The notes beneath the pieces are model-generated. The model did no database searches. It was not told where the DNA came from and saw only the letters and a program-made list of their open reading frames with translations. Source: Monocercomonoides exilis PA203 (lineage: Eukaryota; Protista; Preaxostyla). From it: a stretch of 64,000 nucleotides of DNA. Positions 36,331-48,500 of this stretch are shown here, one piece after another; the first letter of the stretch is position 1, and every line of letters starts with the position of its first letter. Both the position numbers and the translations under genes were made by a program. The DNA lies in assembly GCA_001643675.2 (NCBI GenBank), contig LSRY02000041.1, positions 812,178 to 876,177 on the forward strand, given 5' to 3'.

Positions 36331-36656
36331 TGAAAATAAAAGTGATAAGAGAAAATCATCAGGAAAATGTTTTATTTCTATCTAACGAACTTTACACAGC
36401 TCTTCGTTCAATTCTTCAAATGAAGAAGCCATTTTTATCTCATTTGATTCATCTGAAAGAAAAGAAAAAAATACTTATTAAGATTGTGTTCTTTTTTTCC
36501 TGATTGTTTATTTGGACAAACAATTTCAAGTTATGAATATGTTGTCTAATAACAATTTCCTTCATTTTTTTAAATTCAATCTGAAAATCAATTTTTTCAT
36601 TGAATACAAAAAATTATATTTTTTTCGAAATTATATTGAAAAGGATTCAACATTAT

Positions 36657-36732
36657 TTAAAAAAGAAAGTGATGAATCAATTCCTTCTCTTGTTTGAGAG
36701 ACGCCACAATCTATGGGTCAGTCGCCCATTTG
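36657..36732. repeat. DIRS 3' inverted terminal repeat with unique extension
   Basis: ATCAATTCCTTCTCTTGTTTG..GAGAGACGCCACAATCTATGGGTCAGTCGCCCATTTG is the reverse complement of 41150-41211, with small indels. Confidence 0.9.
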
Positions 36733-36865
36733 TATGTAAGGGTGAATTGGATAAAAACCGCTTTGCGCTTATAAAACCAAAAAGCGCAAAGAGAAGGAAC
36801 TACAAAAAACACAAACAGTTTTGAAAACAGAACTTCAAACGGTGGGAGTGAAAACGGTGGTGGGC

Positions 36866-36968
36866 AAAGAGAAGGAATTGATTCTCCACTTTCTTTTTTA
36901 ATTAAAGTGCATAAGCACCTTAATTATCAAGAAAGTGTTTCATCGATTCCTTCTCTTGTTTGAGAGAA
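36866..36968. repeat. DIRS internal complementary region (ICR)
   Basis: 36866-36901 is complementary to the 3' terminus (36657-36691). 36899-36968 is complementary to the 5' terminus (~41185-41254). The two halves overlap at TAA 36899-36901. Confidence 0.92.
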
Positions 36969-39033
36969 TCAATTTGTTGGATGATGAAGCCATCATCACT
37001 ACCACAGTGTGCGTCTTCTTTGCTTTGTTGTTTTCTTCCTCCTTTTTTGCTTGCGACCTTGTTCGAATAATGAATTGTTCTTCAAGTGGTTCTCGTTTCT
37101 CCATCTCATCGTCAGGCTCATCCACTCGAGAGGGAAATTCAACAGAATTTTTCGCTTCTTCCACACTCATATGTGGCTTCATCAGGCGCTTATTGTCCCT
37201 TAACACCATTCCAGATTCCATTGACCTTCTCTCCTCTTTGTGCTTCTGGTCTCTTTCTGGTCTGACACACGCCTTGCCACCATCCTCTGCCGACCGCTTG
37301 GTTGCTAACTCTTCACTGGGAGCATTCATAGTTGAAGCAATCACTTTTCCAAAGGTTGAAGCAAGATTGGCCTTCACATAATGCTTTACCAAAGTGTCTG
37401 TTCTAGGGGATAGTCGGGCAAACTTCGCAATCTGAGTTGGTGGAATTCCAGACATCGTTAGCGTTGAAAGTGTTGCAGCCTTTATTGAATAAGGAGTAAA
37501 ATGGCTCGGAATTCCTGCTTCCTTTAACGTCTCCTTTGCCAATCGTCTGATTCCTTTTACTGTTCGAGGATGAAATGTTTCGGTATTTAAAAACAATTAA
37601 TTTCCATTTGGTCTTCTTCTTTGTATTTCTTCCCACAAAACCTGAATGGCCGAAGCTGGGCAAATCGCTGGGTTTTCATTCAAAAACGGAACGGCAATCT
37701 CTGTTCGATTAAGCGATGTTTTTGGCCTTGTGTTCAGGTATATTCCTTCATGCTCGAATCTGGATCGTTCCATATCTACCCTTTCCAACTCTGTAAACCT
37801 GCACGCAGTGAATAACATTGTAAGCACAATGACTTTCATTGTCAGATGTTTGAAGCTCAAAGTCTGATTTTCTCCAAGACTAGAAAAGTATGTCAAAATG
37901 GTCTTCGGATTCCAGATCTCTTGAACCTTCTTCTTTCTTGTCATCTCCGTTCTTCTAAACCCTCTGAACAGTATTTTTATTATAGGAATATCCCCCAAAT
38001 TTGTGTTGAAAACCAAGCTTGTGAAGAATGAAATAGCTGAGAGGATAAGTTGCAAACATGACAGTTTCATTCCATTGTCTTTGAGTGTTATGAAAATACT
38101 CGAACATTGAGCGGCCCATTCATTAATATCCTCTGGAATTATGCCCATATCACTTTTTTCCCACTGTTCTCCAAAGTGTGCGAAGCCGAATAAATATCCA
38201 CCCCACGTCGACAGAGCAATTCCTGCTCTGCATTCCTCTGCCAGTGAAACCGGGAAAGCTCTTTCCTCCAACGCCCTTCTCCACCAGCTCTCGCCTTTCT
38301 CTCTGGTGGATTGATCAATATGGCTCTCAACCTTCCTGGAAGGAGACATGCACCTGTGTTTGTCATTGATAGCCCCTTTCTCAACACTGTTCTCAGACTC
38401 CTCCATTCGAATGTCCGATGAGGTTTTATCTCCAATAGCACATCCCAGTTCTGCCCTTTCCAGTTCGGCAGGAGTAATACTACTGGTACTCTCTCCTTCT
38501 GTGCCTTCCGAATCGTCATTGGAATCAGTGGAATAGGTGGGTGTACCAGAACGCACTCGTTCTTCCATGGATATGCCAGACCGTCTTCTCCCAATGGGCT
38601 TCCTATTCCGCACCAACGCTCGACCTTGTGGTTGTGTTGAGCTGCAAAGGCATCCAGCGTTGGAGAAACTTGAAGAGTTGCCAAGATTTCTGTGAGCTCG
38701 CTGTCTGCAATGCTGTAGTCTCCTGCTCTTTCCAGGCGGGATAAAGCATCGGCTCTTGTGTTTCGCAATCCGGGGAGATGAACTGCTTTCAGGACTATAT
38801 TCAATTTCTCCTTCAATGTCCATATCCTTTTGAGTGTCGGGCGAAGATTCCTTCCTGCATTCCATCTGTTCACGTTGAAAACGACTGCCGAATTGTCTGA
38901 CCGAAGTTGTAACTGTGATATCCGACTTTCTGATAGGATTGGGGCAAAGTGAGTTAAAGCAAGTTCTACTGCTTTTAATTCTCTGTAGTTGGATGATTGG
39001 TTTTTCATGGAGAATGGAAAACGACTGTGACAA
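36940..39033 (-). pseudogene. DIRS tyrosine recombinase ORF, one in-frame TAA at 37599-37597
   Basis: W..K.IL..(LMLF)TACRFTEL (catalytic Arg), RPKT (Lys), ICPASA, FTPYSIKAA (HxxR position) and LVKHY (catalytic Tyr). ORFs 37597-39033 and 36940-37596 are in the same frame. Confidence 0.88.
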
Positions 39034-40267
39034 TCTAGTGACATTCTGTTAATTCTGAGGGTTGCTCCCCAGGAGCATTCTGATGCATCTGTGGTTAGAA
39101 CTGCTTCTGGAATAAACACTGGATTTAGTCTGCGTCTGGGGTTCTTCCTCAATGTCCATCTCCATCTTCTTATCTGCTGGAGGATTGACGCATTCAGCCT
39201 CATCATTCCATCCCATCCGCCTGTCGTAACTCCTTTCTGCAACAATTTGCAGATTGATTGGAGGTGTAAAGATGCATCTGGCAGAACGAAGCGTGTAGAA
39301 CTGAGCTTTCCCACGAATGATGCGAAGTCCTTCACTCTGACAGTCTTGGCTCTTATGCATAATCTCTCCCACTTGTGACACAGCTCTCGCACTGCCTATC
39401 TTCTTTCCTTTGATAGACAAACATCGAAGCTGGTTGTGTTCCATTCGAATCCCAAAAAACTGAACTGCGAACTCGGAATGAGGTTGCACTTCTTCTTGTC
39501 TATCAGCAGATCGAGGCTTTCCAAAAATACGATTATTTCCTGAATTATTTTCTTCAAGACTTCTTGATCTTGATGCAGAAAAAGAAGATCGTCCAAATAG
39601 GCAACGACTCTGACATCCCATCTTTTTCTTATCTCCACTGTCACCTTCCTCATTATATGTGTGAACAGTTGCGGTGCATCTTCAAAGCTGAAAGGCATGC
39701 CTTTGAAGGAGTAATCTCTTCCCATGAATCTGAAAGCAAGATAGGGTATTAGTTCTTTTGATACTGGGATTAGATAATAAGCTTGTTCCAAGTCTAGGGA
39801 TACAGCGTTATTCTTCCGTCTTATCAGCCGCTCCACTGTCTTCTCACCGTCGCACTTGAAATGTGTTCTTTTCACCTCTGCATTCAGTTTCCGACAATCG
39901 AGAATTTGTCTCCAGCTGCCTGACTTCTTTGAATGAGGAAAACATTGTTTCTGTATTTCACATCATTCTGCTCCATCGGGATAACGACTCCTGTTCGTAT
40001 TTGTTCTTCTAATATCATCTTGAATTCCTGTATATTTTGTTGAATGAGAAGCAACGCTCAGTCTCTGAACTGAGCTTTGCTGAGAGCTTTTCTGGCTTGC
40101 TTGCTCTTCCATGTGGCCTGCACTTTTTTGCATATCAATTTCTCTCCTCCGATTTTCTTCCATGCTGAGAGGAACAAAGCGGTCCTCCCTCCTATTTGCC
40201 TCCTTTGCTCTGTTTCCTTGAGAACTGGGCCTAAAGTTGTTGAGGCCACCTTGGCCTCCTGCTCCAA
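38139..40267 (-). pseudogene. DIRS pol: reverse transcriptase - RNase H - methyltransferase-like domain
   Basis: IGGRTALFLSAW; KKSGSWRQILDCRKLN; SLDLEQAY; GMPF; AYLDDLL; FLGFEW. RNase H: TTDAS, NYRELKAV, RSDN, HLPGLRNTRADALSR. MT-like: LDAFAAQHN..DGLAYPW..HPP..LPNW. Lesions are TGA 40060-40058, a 1-nt deletion at ~39930 and TAG 39398-39396. Confidence 0.93.
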
Positions 40268-41145
40268 CTGCTCTGACTCCGCCTTCTTCCGAATTGATGT
40301 CTTCTTGAGAGGGCTGAGGACCGGGGGTATCTCCGAAAAAACTGTGGGCTTGAACGAAAAATGGTATGACTAAATCTTCTTTGAAGTGTTCCTGGTTGAT
40401 CTCTTGCAGAAGGCTGAACACGTGTAAAAGGAAGTGCTGGTCTCTGGAAGTTTCTCTCCAGCTTGGCTTCTTTTCTTGTTTCTCTGAGAATCAGTTCCTG
40501 TTTCTCTGTAAGGATTCCCGTAGAAGTGTCTGTACTCATCGCTGAGGCAGCTCTGAAACCAAACCCGCCTTGAATTCGAACCGTTCGTGCCTCTTGAAGC
40601 GCCTTGGTAATCATAATCAAGATGTCAGCCAGTCTTTGTTTTGCACCTTCCTTTGAAGTCGGTATCTCGGCTAAGCCTATGAGCGCAGCTATAATTGCCT
40701 GGAAAAAATAAATCTCTACCTTGTGACCCGCTTGATCTAACGCGTCGTTAATCCAGTTTTCTGTTCTCTTGGCAGGGGGCGGTTCAAGTGATAATAACTG
40801 GCTAAAATCCTGTGTTGAATACTCCTCAACTACATCTTGAATGGATCTAGTGGTAAGCTTTAGATCAAAAATTGAAAAATTCGGCGCCTGTCCAAAAATG
40901 TCCTCAAACTCCTGACAAATACGTTGAGATATCTCTAAGTCATCTTCGTTCTCATTTCTGTCATCCGAATGGGTCACCTCCTGTGAAAAACTTTCCGATG
41001 ACGAAGGTGAAAAAATTGAAGCGGAAGAAAATATGTTCGATTGAGATAAGGTCCCTGGTTGGCTTTGCGCCCCACTGTTCTGCATTACAGCCTCAGCCGT
41101 CGGCGCAAGTCCAACAATCGGAGGGAATTGTGAAGAAGACATCAT
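40231..41145 (-). CDS. DIRS ORF1 (gag-like), 304 aa
   Basis: Intact ORF beginning 5 nt inside the 5' ITR and overlapping the start of pol. It has a helical core and an Arg-rich C-terminus. The assignment is by position. Confidence 0.75.
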   Translation of the reverse strand: MMSSSQFPPIVGLAPTAEAVMQNSGAQSQPGTLSQSNIFSSASIFSPSSSESFSQEVTHSDDRNENEDDLEISQRICQEFEDIFGQAPNFSIFDLKLTTRSIQDVVEEYSTQDFSQLLSLEPPPAKRTENWINDALDQAGHKVEIYFFQAIIAALIGLAEIPTSKEGAKQRLADILIMITKALQEARTVRIQGGFGFRAASAMSTDTSTGILTEKQELILRETRKEAKLERNFQRPALPFTRVQPSARDQPGTLQRRFSHTIFRSSPQFFRRYPRSSALSRRHQFGRRRSQSSWSRRPRWPQQL

Positions 41146-41149
41146 TGAT

Positions 41150-41254
41150 CAAATGTGGCGACTGACCCATAGATTGTGGTGTCTCTCTTACAAACAAGAG
41201 AAGGAATTGATGAAACACTTTCTTGATAATTAAGGTGCTAATGCACTTTAATTA
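41150..41254. repeat. DIRS 5' inverted terminal repeat
   Basis: Complementary to both the 3' ITR and the ICR. Confidence 0.9.
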
Positions 41255-41660
41255 TTCAAATTATACAAAGAGAAGTCACTGTTATTGAAAAACAATAACA
41301 AATGAATAATAATTATTGTTATCGAGATAATTAGTTCTTTTGAAATGTTATTTTCATGATTTCTCAAAAGTGACAGAAAATTCTTCGCACCCTTTAAAAA
41401 AACAAATATTGAATTGCATCAACATTTATCAACAAAAAGATGAATTTGACGATTTTTTGTATTCATCGTAATATTTTCCGTGTGATATGTATAGAATAAA
41501 GTGAGAATAACATTGAATAGCTAAAATGGATGGACTAACAGCAAAGGAAACAAAAATGTTTCAAAATTATATTCAAATGAATACACATGGAAAAACAAAT
41601 ACTAATATATTTCAAAAAATCACCGTTTCCAATCATCCATTTCTTGTTATTTATTTTCTA

Positions 41661-44038
41661 TTAGTTATTTGATCTTCTTTTCTTCACAACGATAACAACA
41701 ATCACAATCGCCACAACTGCCACAACAACAATCGGAACAACAATAGCAACAATGATCCCTGTTTTATTCTTTTTGTTTTGATCTTTCAGTTTCTCTTGTC
41801 TCACTTTCACATACTTCTCATACACATCCTCAGGCTCTGATTCTGCATCTTTTGCTCCCTCCACCCACCCAGATGTTGATTCATCGAAGTCATTCGCAAA
41901 CGCAAAGGCATCTTCTTGTTTGCAGAACTCTTCGAAGTCTGGGGCAATGATAAGCAGAGATGTTGTTTTCGAGCCAGCTGTGTTTGAGCTGTCAATCTCC
42001 AGGTTGTGTTCTGATGGAAGTTGCAGATTCGATGTTGCCTTGGGCATGTCAATGAATATTGCTCCTGATTTCCCTTCTGGTGCTGAACATGACTTGAATG
42101 AGCATTTGCTTGACCTTCCAATGGCCACTCTTGATTCCTCTGAACTGAGGGTGATATCCAACCCTGCTGCTGCTCCTTTCTCCGATTTCACTTCCTGAAC
42201 ATTCAATCCTTCGATTGAAACCTTCGAAGATGAATTGCTCCCATCATCGATGCTGATTGCTGCTCCACTTTCCACATTCACTTTGCTGATGTCCATTCCA
42301 CTCAATGACACTTCACGGGCTCCAGAAAATGAAAATGGTGATGATGAGAATGTCACAAATGAGGTTTCATCTGTGCATTTCACTGTGTCCATTTCCACAC
42401 TTCCATATGCCACGCTCACAAGACTGCTCTCCAAGGGGCTGTTTCCATTATCGTTTGCCATCATCCCTTCTTGTGATTGTGATCCTATTCTGACAAATCG
42501 ACATGTTGATATTTTCAGTGATATTGAACCTGATCCTGCACTGATCAATGAGTCCCAATTCTTTTCTGTTGAAGAGAATTGGAATGCCAGATACTTGAAT
42601 TCCACAATTCTCTGACAAGAAAAGAGAAAAGATGAAACAGAAACATCACAATTAATTGCAACTTCTATGTTTCCATCTCCATCGCTGTGAACTCCTTCAA
42701 TTGTTATTCCACTGTTAATGCTGAAACTTATGGCTTCTGCTTTGATTGGATCAGATGTTTTGACAACATCAATGAAACATTTCCCACTCTTTTCCAAATA
42801 TTCATATGCATCATAAATGCTATCGATTGCAGAATTAACATCGATTCCATTTCCCTCCCTCCATTCTTTACAAATGCCCTTGTCATATTGTCTGGTTTTG
42901 GGGGAGGTGGATCAAAATATGTGCTAATGAAATCACATTCTTTTTTTGTTTTATTGTCATAACCAACAACAAACCACAAATTATCATCTCGTGTGTAATC
43001 AGCTGCAAAACTTTCTTTCATTGCATCTGCGATATCTTTGAACAATGAATCATTATTCATTTCAAAATATAATCCAGTATTTCTCTTCACTCCATTATAT
43101 TCAGATGAGCAATTCTGAAATACTAGATTCTTTCCATCTATTGGCCATATTAATTTAGATGCAGATCGTGCATTTGACAAATTCAAATAGATTCCTCCAG
43201 ATTTAATGCCAGTACAAGATGAGAAAGAAGTAACTCCCGCATCTCCAACTGAAAATGAGCTTTCACTGTTTCTGCTTTCAAAGTATACTGTTCCTTCACT
43301 TCTTGATTGACATTCAGTGAAAGTGCTGTTACTCATCGTTACATCAATTTTGTTTACAGTTTCTCCATATATAAAAACAGTTGGAATGTTGCTTTTTATT
43401 TTCTTCAAAGTCACATTCGTCAATGAAACTGTTCCTGCAAATAGCAGATAAAAAGGGTTTCTAGAAAATGCAACTGTTGAATAATCATCAACACACTCAA
43501 CTGAATCCATATTGAGATTTCCACCATGCATATGCACTAGGTAATAATTAACTGTTGATCCATCAAATGGTGGCCGAATAAATTGACAGTTTTTTATTGT
43601 AAGTTCACCAGAACCTCCATAAATAAATGGATCTTCACCGTTTCTATTTAATGTGGTTGGAAAAATGAATGCCAAGTAATTGAATTTTGTAACTCCACCA
43701 CATGAAAATAGATATCTTTCTGGATGCACATCACAATCTATTGAAACAATTGTGTTTCCATTTCCATCGCTATTAACTCCTTCAATGCTGATTCCTTGGT
43801 TTTTGTAGAATTGAACTGCTTCTGCTGTAAATGCAGTTTCATCATTCACAACATAGATCTTGCATGCTTCATCATCCCCCAGCAGATAATATGCACTTTT
43901 CAATGATTTCTTTTCCTGACCGATCTCTGTTCCAGTGTGGGTTTCACTTCCACTTTGCTTCACATAAACTGTATATGGTTTTCCTTCATCCAATTCTTGT
44001 GAAATTGACAATGATATAATCAGAAAAACAAAAAGCAT
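41661..44038 (-). CDS. Type-I membrane surface protein with duplicated Pmp/beta-helix-like ectodomain; 1-nt frameshift at ~42855
   Basis: Signal peptide MLFVFLIISLSISQE (ATG 44038). Two homologous units (AEAVQF..GISIEGVNSDGNGN..IDCDV..LFSC..FNYLAF and AEAISF..GITIEGVHSDGDGN..INCDV..LFSC..FKYLAF). C-terminal TM GIIVAIVVPIVVVAVVAIVIVVIVV followed by KKRRSNN. The two track ORFs join if one base is added in TTCCCTCCCTCC 42851-42862. Confidence 0.8.
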
Positions 44039-45523
44039 GAGTGTTGATGTTTCTTGATCAATATCACAACAGATCAACAAATCCTTAATACAAAGAAAAC
44101 AGAATGCAATTAATGGTTTGCTTTTCTTCAAAGATCATTTGATAAGTGCATTTATCATAATTTAACAGTTTCCACCACGAATGAAACACTCATTAAAGAA
44201 GATAAACTGATTCAATTAACAAAAATAAGTTAACGCCCATAAAAATATATTTGAAGCCCCTTTTGTTCATCATTGCTTCGTTTTGATTTGAAAAAACATT
44301 TGTCAAAATAAGCAACATGCGCATATAAATTAATATGGTTTTAATAATTATGAACAAAATGCGAGTGGATTCATGATGTTCACAACAAATATTTATCAAA
44401 TTCAAAAACGAAAGTTCTCTTGAAGATTAATATATTTCAAATGATGGTTTATAAACTGAAAAATAATATCTTTTGCAACAAAATAAGAGTTTCATTATTT
44501 GATATCAACGAACAAACAGTTTGGATGCATGTTACAAAAGAAATAATTTTGAATATTTCATGATATGTTTTTCAAAAAACAAGGATTAACTTTTTCAATG
44601 GATGAAATTCCATGTTGGATCATTGCCCATTTCTCAAATCACATGGTGATTTGCATTGAAAAGCATTTTGATTTTTTTTCTTCGAATCATTAAATGTTTC
44701 GTCTTTTTCCAATGTTTATGTGATGAGCAAGAGATTCGCAAAATCACCACCACTCTCTCTATTTTGTTTTATGATGAATGGAATAGTAGAAAAGAGTGGT
44801 TGCACAGATGCTTGAAATAGTGGAATGTTATGTTTTTAAAAGATAGCTCGTTCTCTTTTCCAATTAGAAAACAATTCATCCATTTTTGTGAACTTCAAAA
44901 GAATTGAAATAAATGAAAAAACTATTGTTATAACTGGATTAAATCATCCAATTTTTCAAATTGAAAAAATCAATTTCTTGTTCAACTGTTCAAGAAACAA
45001 AGAGATAAAAAGGGGAGATAAATGATATTCAGACTTAACTGAATATTCGTGCATGCTTTTCTCTTAATGTTCTCTTTTGAATAACATTTCCACAACTTCC
45101 CTCAAAAATGGAGAGTCACAAAAAGAAAACCAATTCACATCCGAAAGCACTTTCATATTTTAATGGTTTTTGATGTGCAAAGAGTATCTCTGATTTTTCG
45201 ACTCTTCCTATTTCAATTGCAATAACGAAATCGAAGAACATTTTCAAACATTCAAAAGCCATAAATTCTCGCTCCTTTTAATCTGCAATGTGAAATCACT
45301 CTTCTGCTGAGAGACAATGAGAAAAAGATAGTTTGCATCTGCTTTTTGTGTTGATATGAAAATAACAAATGAGTTGATTCAACAAAATAAAGAAAAAGAG
45401 AAAACATATTTAAAGATAAACAAACATAAAACAAATCAGCAAAACCAGAAATCCTTTTTCGTATGAACAACTTTGAATCCTTTTCCTTCACACACAGTCA
45501 CACACCCATCAATCCCATCATGC

Positions 45524-48500
45524 TCACTCTGGTGCTTCCTCCATTGCCGTGCTGTCTTCCACCCCTGCCATCTGAAGCCCCCTTTCAGTCATCGCCACTG
45601 CAAGAATTACAAACGGTCGCAGCCGGCACAGCGTGCTCAGCAGCATTTTCTTCACCAGATCTGTTCGGCTCACCATATACGAGAAAAACAGCATCTCAAA
45701 CGCCTCCACCAGCTCCCCATAGTCTTCACACTCCTCACACTCCTCACGCTCCTCACTTTTCTTTTTCCTGATCAATTCTGCTTTGTCTTCCTCAACCAAG
45801 CTCTCAAACATCTCCTCAAGCAGAAAGAATAGCACACGCATTCCATAGCTCAGCGTCTTGTTCCTGTGCCTTGCAAACACATTCCTTTTGCCCTCGCTTT
45901 TCATTGTTCCATTCTTTCCTTTCACTTTTCCCCTTTTCCCATGCCCGCCCCAAGCATCAGTCCAGGTGCCCATCTTGCAGCAGTCTTTGCCTTGACCTTT
46001 CTCACTCGCTATGTTCCCTTCCCCCAGAACAGCTTCACCCTCCCCTGCCTCTTCACCCCAGCTGCAAAACCCAGCAAACGGAATTCCGCACCCACACTCC
46101 CGAACCACCCTGCTTCTGCCTCTTGCATGCAGCTGGTGCTTGTTCAGCACAAGAACTGCACCAGCTCCCTCTCTCGTCTCTTGGCACAGCTGAATCCGAA
46201 CGAACAACCCTGCTCCCACTCGCTTCCGGAAACTCCACCGTTCTCATGAACCGCCCATCTTCGCTAACCTCAACAGCACTCAACGCACAAAAGAAACTCA
46301 GCGCACATGCACGGCTCACCCCGTCCTTTGAAAACAGAAGCCGAAAATAAACCAGATGCAGCTGGTTCGCAACCACATCCCGCACAAAATCTCCCACCAT
46401 CTTCTGCGCCCTCACACTCCGCCTCTTCTTCCTCACACACTCCTCCTCTCCAAATGCCTCTGCTTCAGCACCTGCCTCTGCCTCAGCACCTGCCTCTGCT
46501 TCCGTCTCATAGCTCGACTCCTTCAGCAGCAGCACAACAAGCGCTGTGATCACACACCTCACCTTCCTGTCTCCGCTGCCCAGCAGCCACTGCCCCATCT
46601 GCCTCACAATCCCACACACTCCCAGCAGCGGCCCTGCCGGCAGCGGCACAACAAGTCCCAGAATCTTCAGCCCTGCAAGCGCTGCCTCCCTGCTCCCCAC
46701 TGCAAGACTCTCTCTCACAACATCCACTATCCCCATCACCACCTTCTTCATCCCATCCCCAACACACTCCACTCTCTTGTATCTCCGAAGGGTGAACAGC
46801 GACAGATTCAGCGATCGCTGAAATCCTCCCAATCCCCTGCTCTCTTCTGTTGATTCTGCTTCTCTTGAGTTGCCATCCTCACCCATCCCCTTCGCCTCCT
46901 TTCTCTTCAATGGATTCAAATGCGACTCCCCACAACCCTCGTAGAAAGCACATTCAGCCACACGCTCCCGCACATACTCGCTCTTCAGCAGCGAATGAAT
47001 CGCATGCAGAGCAGAAAGCGATGCTGACTCAACAAACAAACATTCCTCCTCCACCTCCTCCTCTGCCCCTGCTCCTTTTCTTTCCTTGCATCCAATCCTC
47101 TTTTCTTCTTCTTCTTCTTCTTCTTCTTCTTCTTCTTCTTCTTCTTCTTCCTCCTCTTCCTCTTCCTCCTCCTCCTCCTCTTCTTCTTCTTCTTCATCCT
47201 CCTTCTCCAAAACTTTCCCTTTTGCCTTTGCCTCAGCAATCTTCTTTTCCAGCTCCTCCAGCTCCTCAATCTCTCTGAACTCCTTCAAGTCCTTCTCTCT
47301 CGCTCCCATCAGCCGCCACCTTCCAACAACTGCCAGCGCCACCCCCAAAAGCGGCTCCAGCATCCCGTTCTTGAAAAACAACACCCGCTCCTTCGTGTCT
47401 CCACTCATCCCAATCCTTGGACAGCCATCCCCCAACCTTCTGCTCCCCTGAACAGTGTGCACCACTTCCATCAGCGCATCGTCCCAGTGGCTCCCAAAAT
47501 AGAAGTCTCGGTAGTAGTGCCCCTTCTCTGCTGCCAAACACTCCCCCTCTCCCCTCTTCTCCTTATCTCCTTTCTTCTTCCTTCTCAGATTCCTCTTCTC
47601 TTCCTCCGCGTTGTCCGTTTCGTCTGACGATGAGCCATCAAATGCAACTGAACATTCAAATCCTGCTCCTTTCCCCTCTTCCCCCTCTTCATCGCTGTCT
47701 TCGTCTCCAAACGGGTTCAGATGCTCAGCAGACTCCCCCTCAAACACCTCTTCATTCGTGTCCCCTAGCAGCATCTCAATCCCACTCAGCACTTTGCTCA
47801 CAAATCGCACCCCAAATGACCTGTCCTCAAACACGCTTCGGGGGCAGGACGACTCCTGCTCTGCAAACTGCAGCAGCGACACTGGGTTCTGAAGAAAGTG
47901 CGACGGCGACAGTGCTGCCAGCGTGGCGCTGTGAGAATGCTTGGGCGATGAAAGTGGAGATGCCAAAGGAGATGCCAAAGGAGATGCCAAAGGCGAAGGT
48001 GGAGGAGATGGAGATGGAGAGAAAAAGGTGTTCAGCGAAGCACTTGTTGCACTTGCCGAAGCTGGTAATGATTTTGAAGAAGGAGATGAGGAGGAGGAAG
48101 AAGAAAAAGGAGAAGATGGAGAAGTCACTGTTGTTGTTGTTGTGGTTGTTGTTGGGCTTTCGTTGCAAAAAGGCAGCCCTCTCGAGTGTTTCACAAACAC
48201 CTCTGAATATGTCGACCCCGTCACAATCTGAACCCCATCTCCAAACATCTCGCTGAATGGCTCCTCTTCATCGCTGCCATTTTCTTCCTTCCCTTCTTCA
48301 TTTTCAGTTCCCTTCTTCTCTTTCCAACCCCCACTCATATCTTCTTCATCCTCGTTGCAAGACAAAATGCCATGCGATTTCCTCTTCAAAAAAGATGTTG
48401 ATGCTGCAAGTTCATTCACAGCATCCTCCCTTTCTGAACGGACAAACGCTGTTCGACGAGGAGTGCAAGGCAGGCACAAACAAGGGGAATTACAGCGCAT

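Larger units (their letters stand above)
36657..41254 (-). mobile_element. Full-length DIRS-type tyrosine-recombinase retrotransposon (4598 bp), mildly decayed
   Basis: gag-like, RT-RNaseH-MT and YR ORFs in DIRS order. Inverted termini at 41150-41254 and 36657-36732, an internal complementary region at 36866-36968, and TTA at both ends. Confidence 0.95.

Noticed and set aside
37597-39398. In-frame TAA/TAG in the DIRS ORFs as evidence for a TAR=Gln code or programmed readthrough
   Set aside because: Host genes here end in TAA (cathepsin B) and TAG (Yif1-like). The element also has a TGA and a frameshift, so ordinary decay is sufficient.
36657-41254. Prophage/integron or bacterial retron-type RT-integrase-methylase system
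   Set aside because: Domain order, overlapping ORFs and ITR/ICR structure match eukaryotic DIRS retrotransposons.
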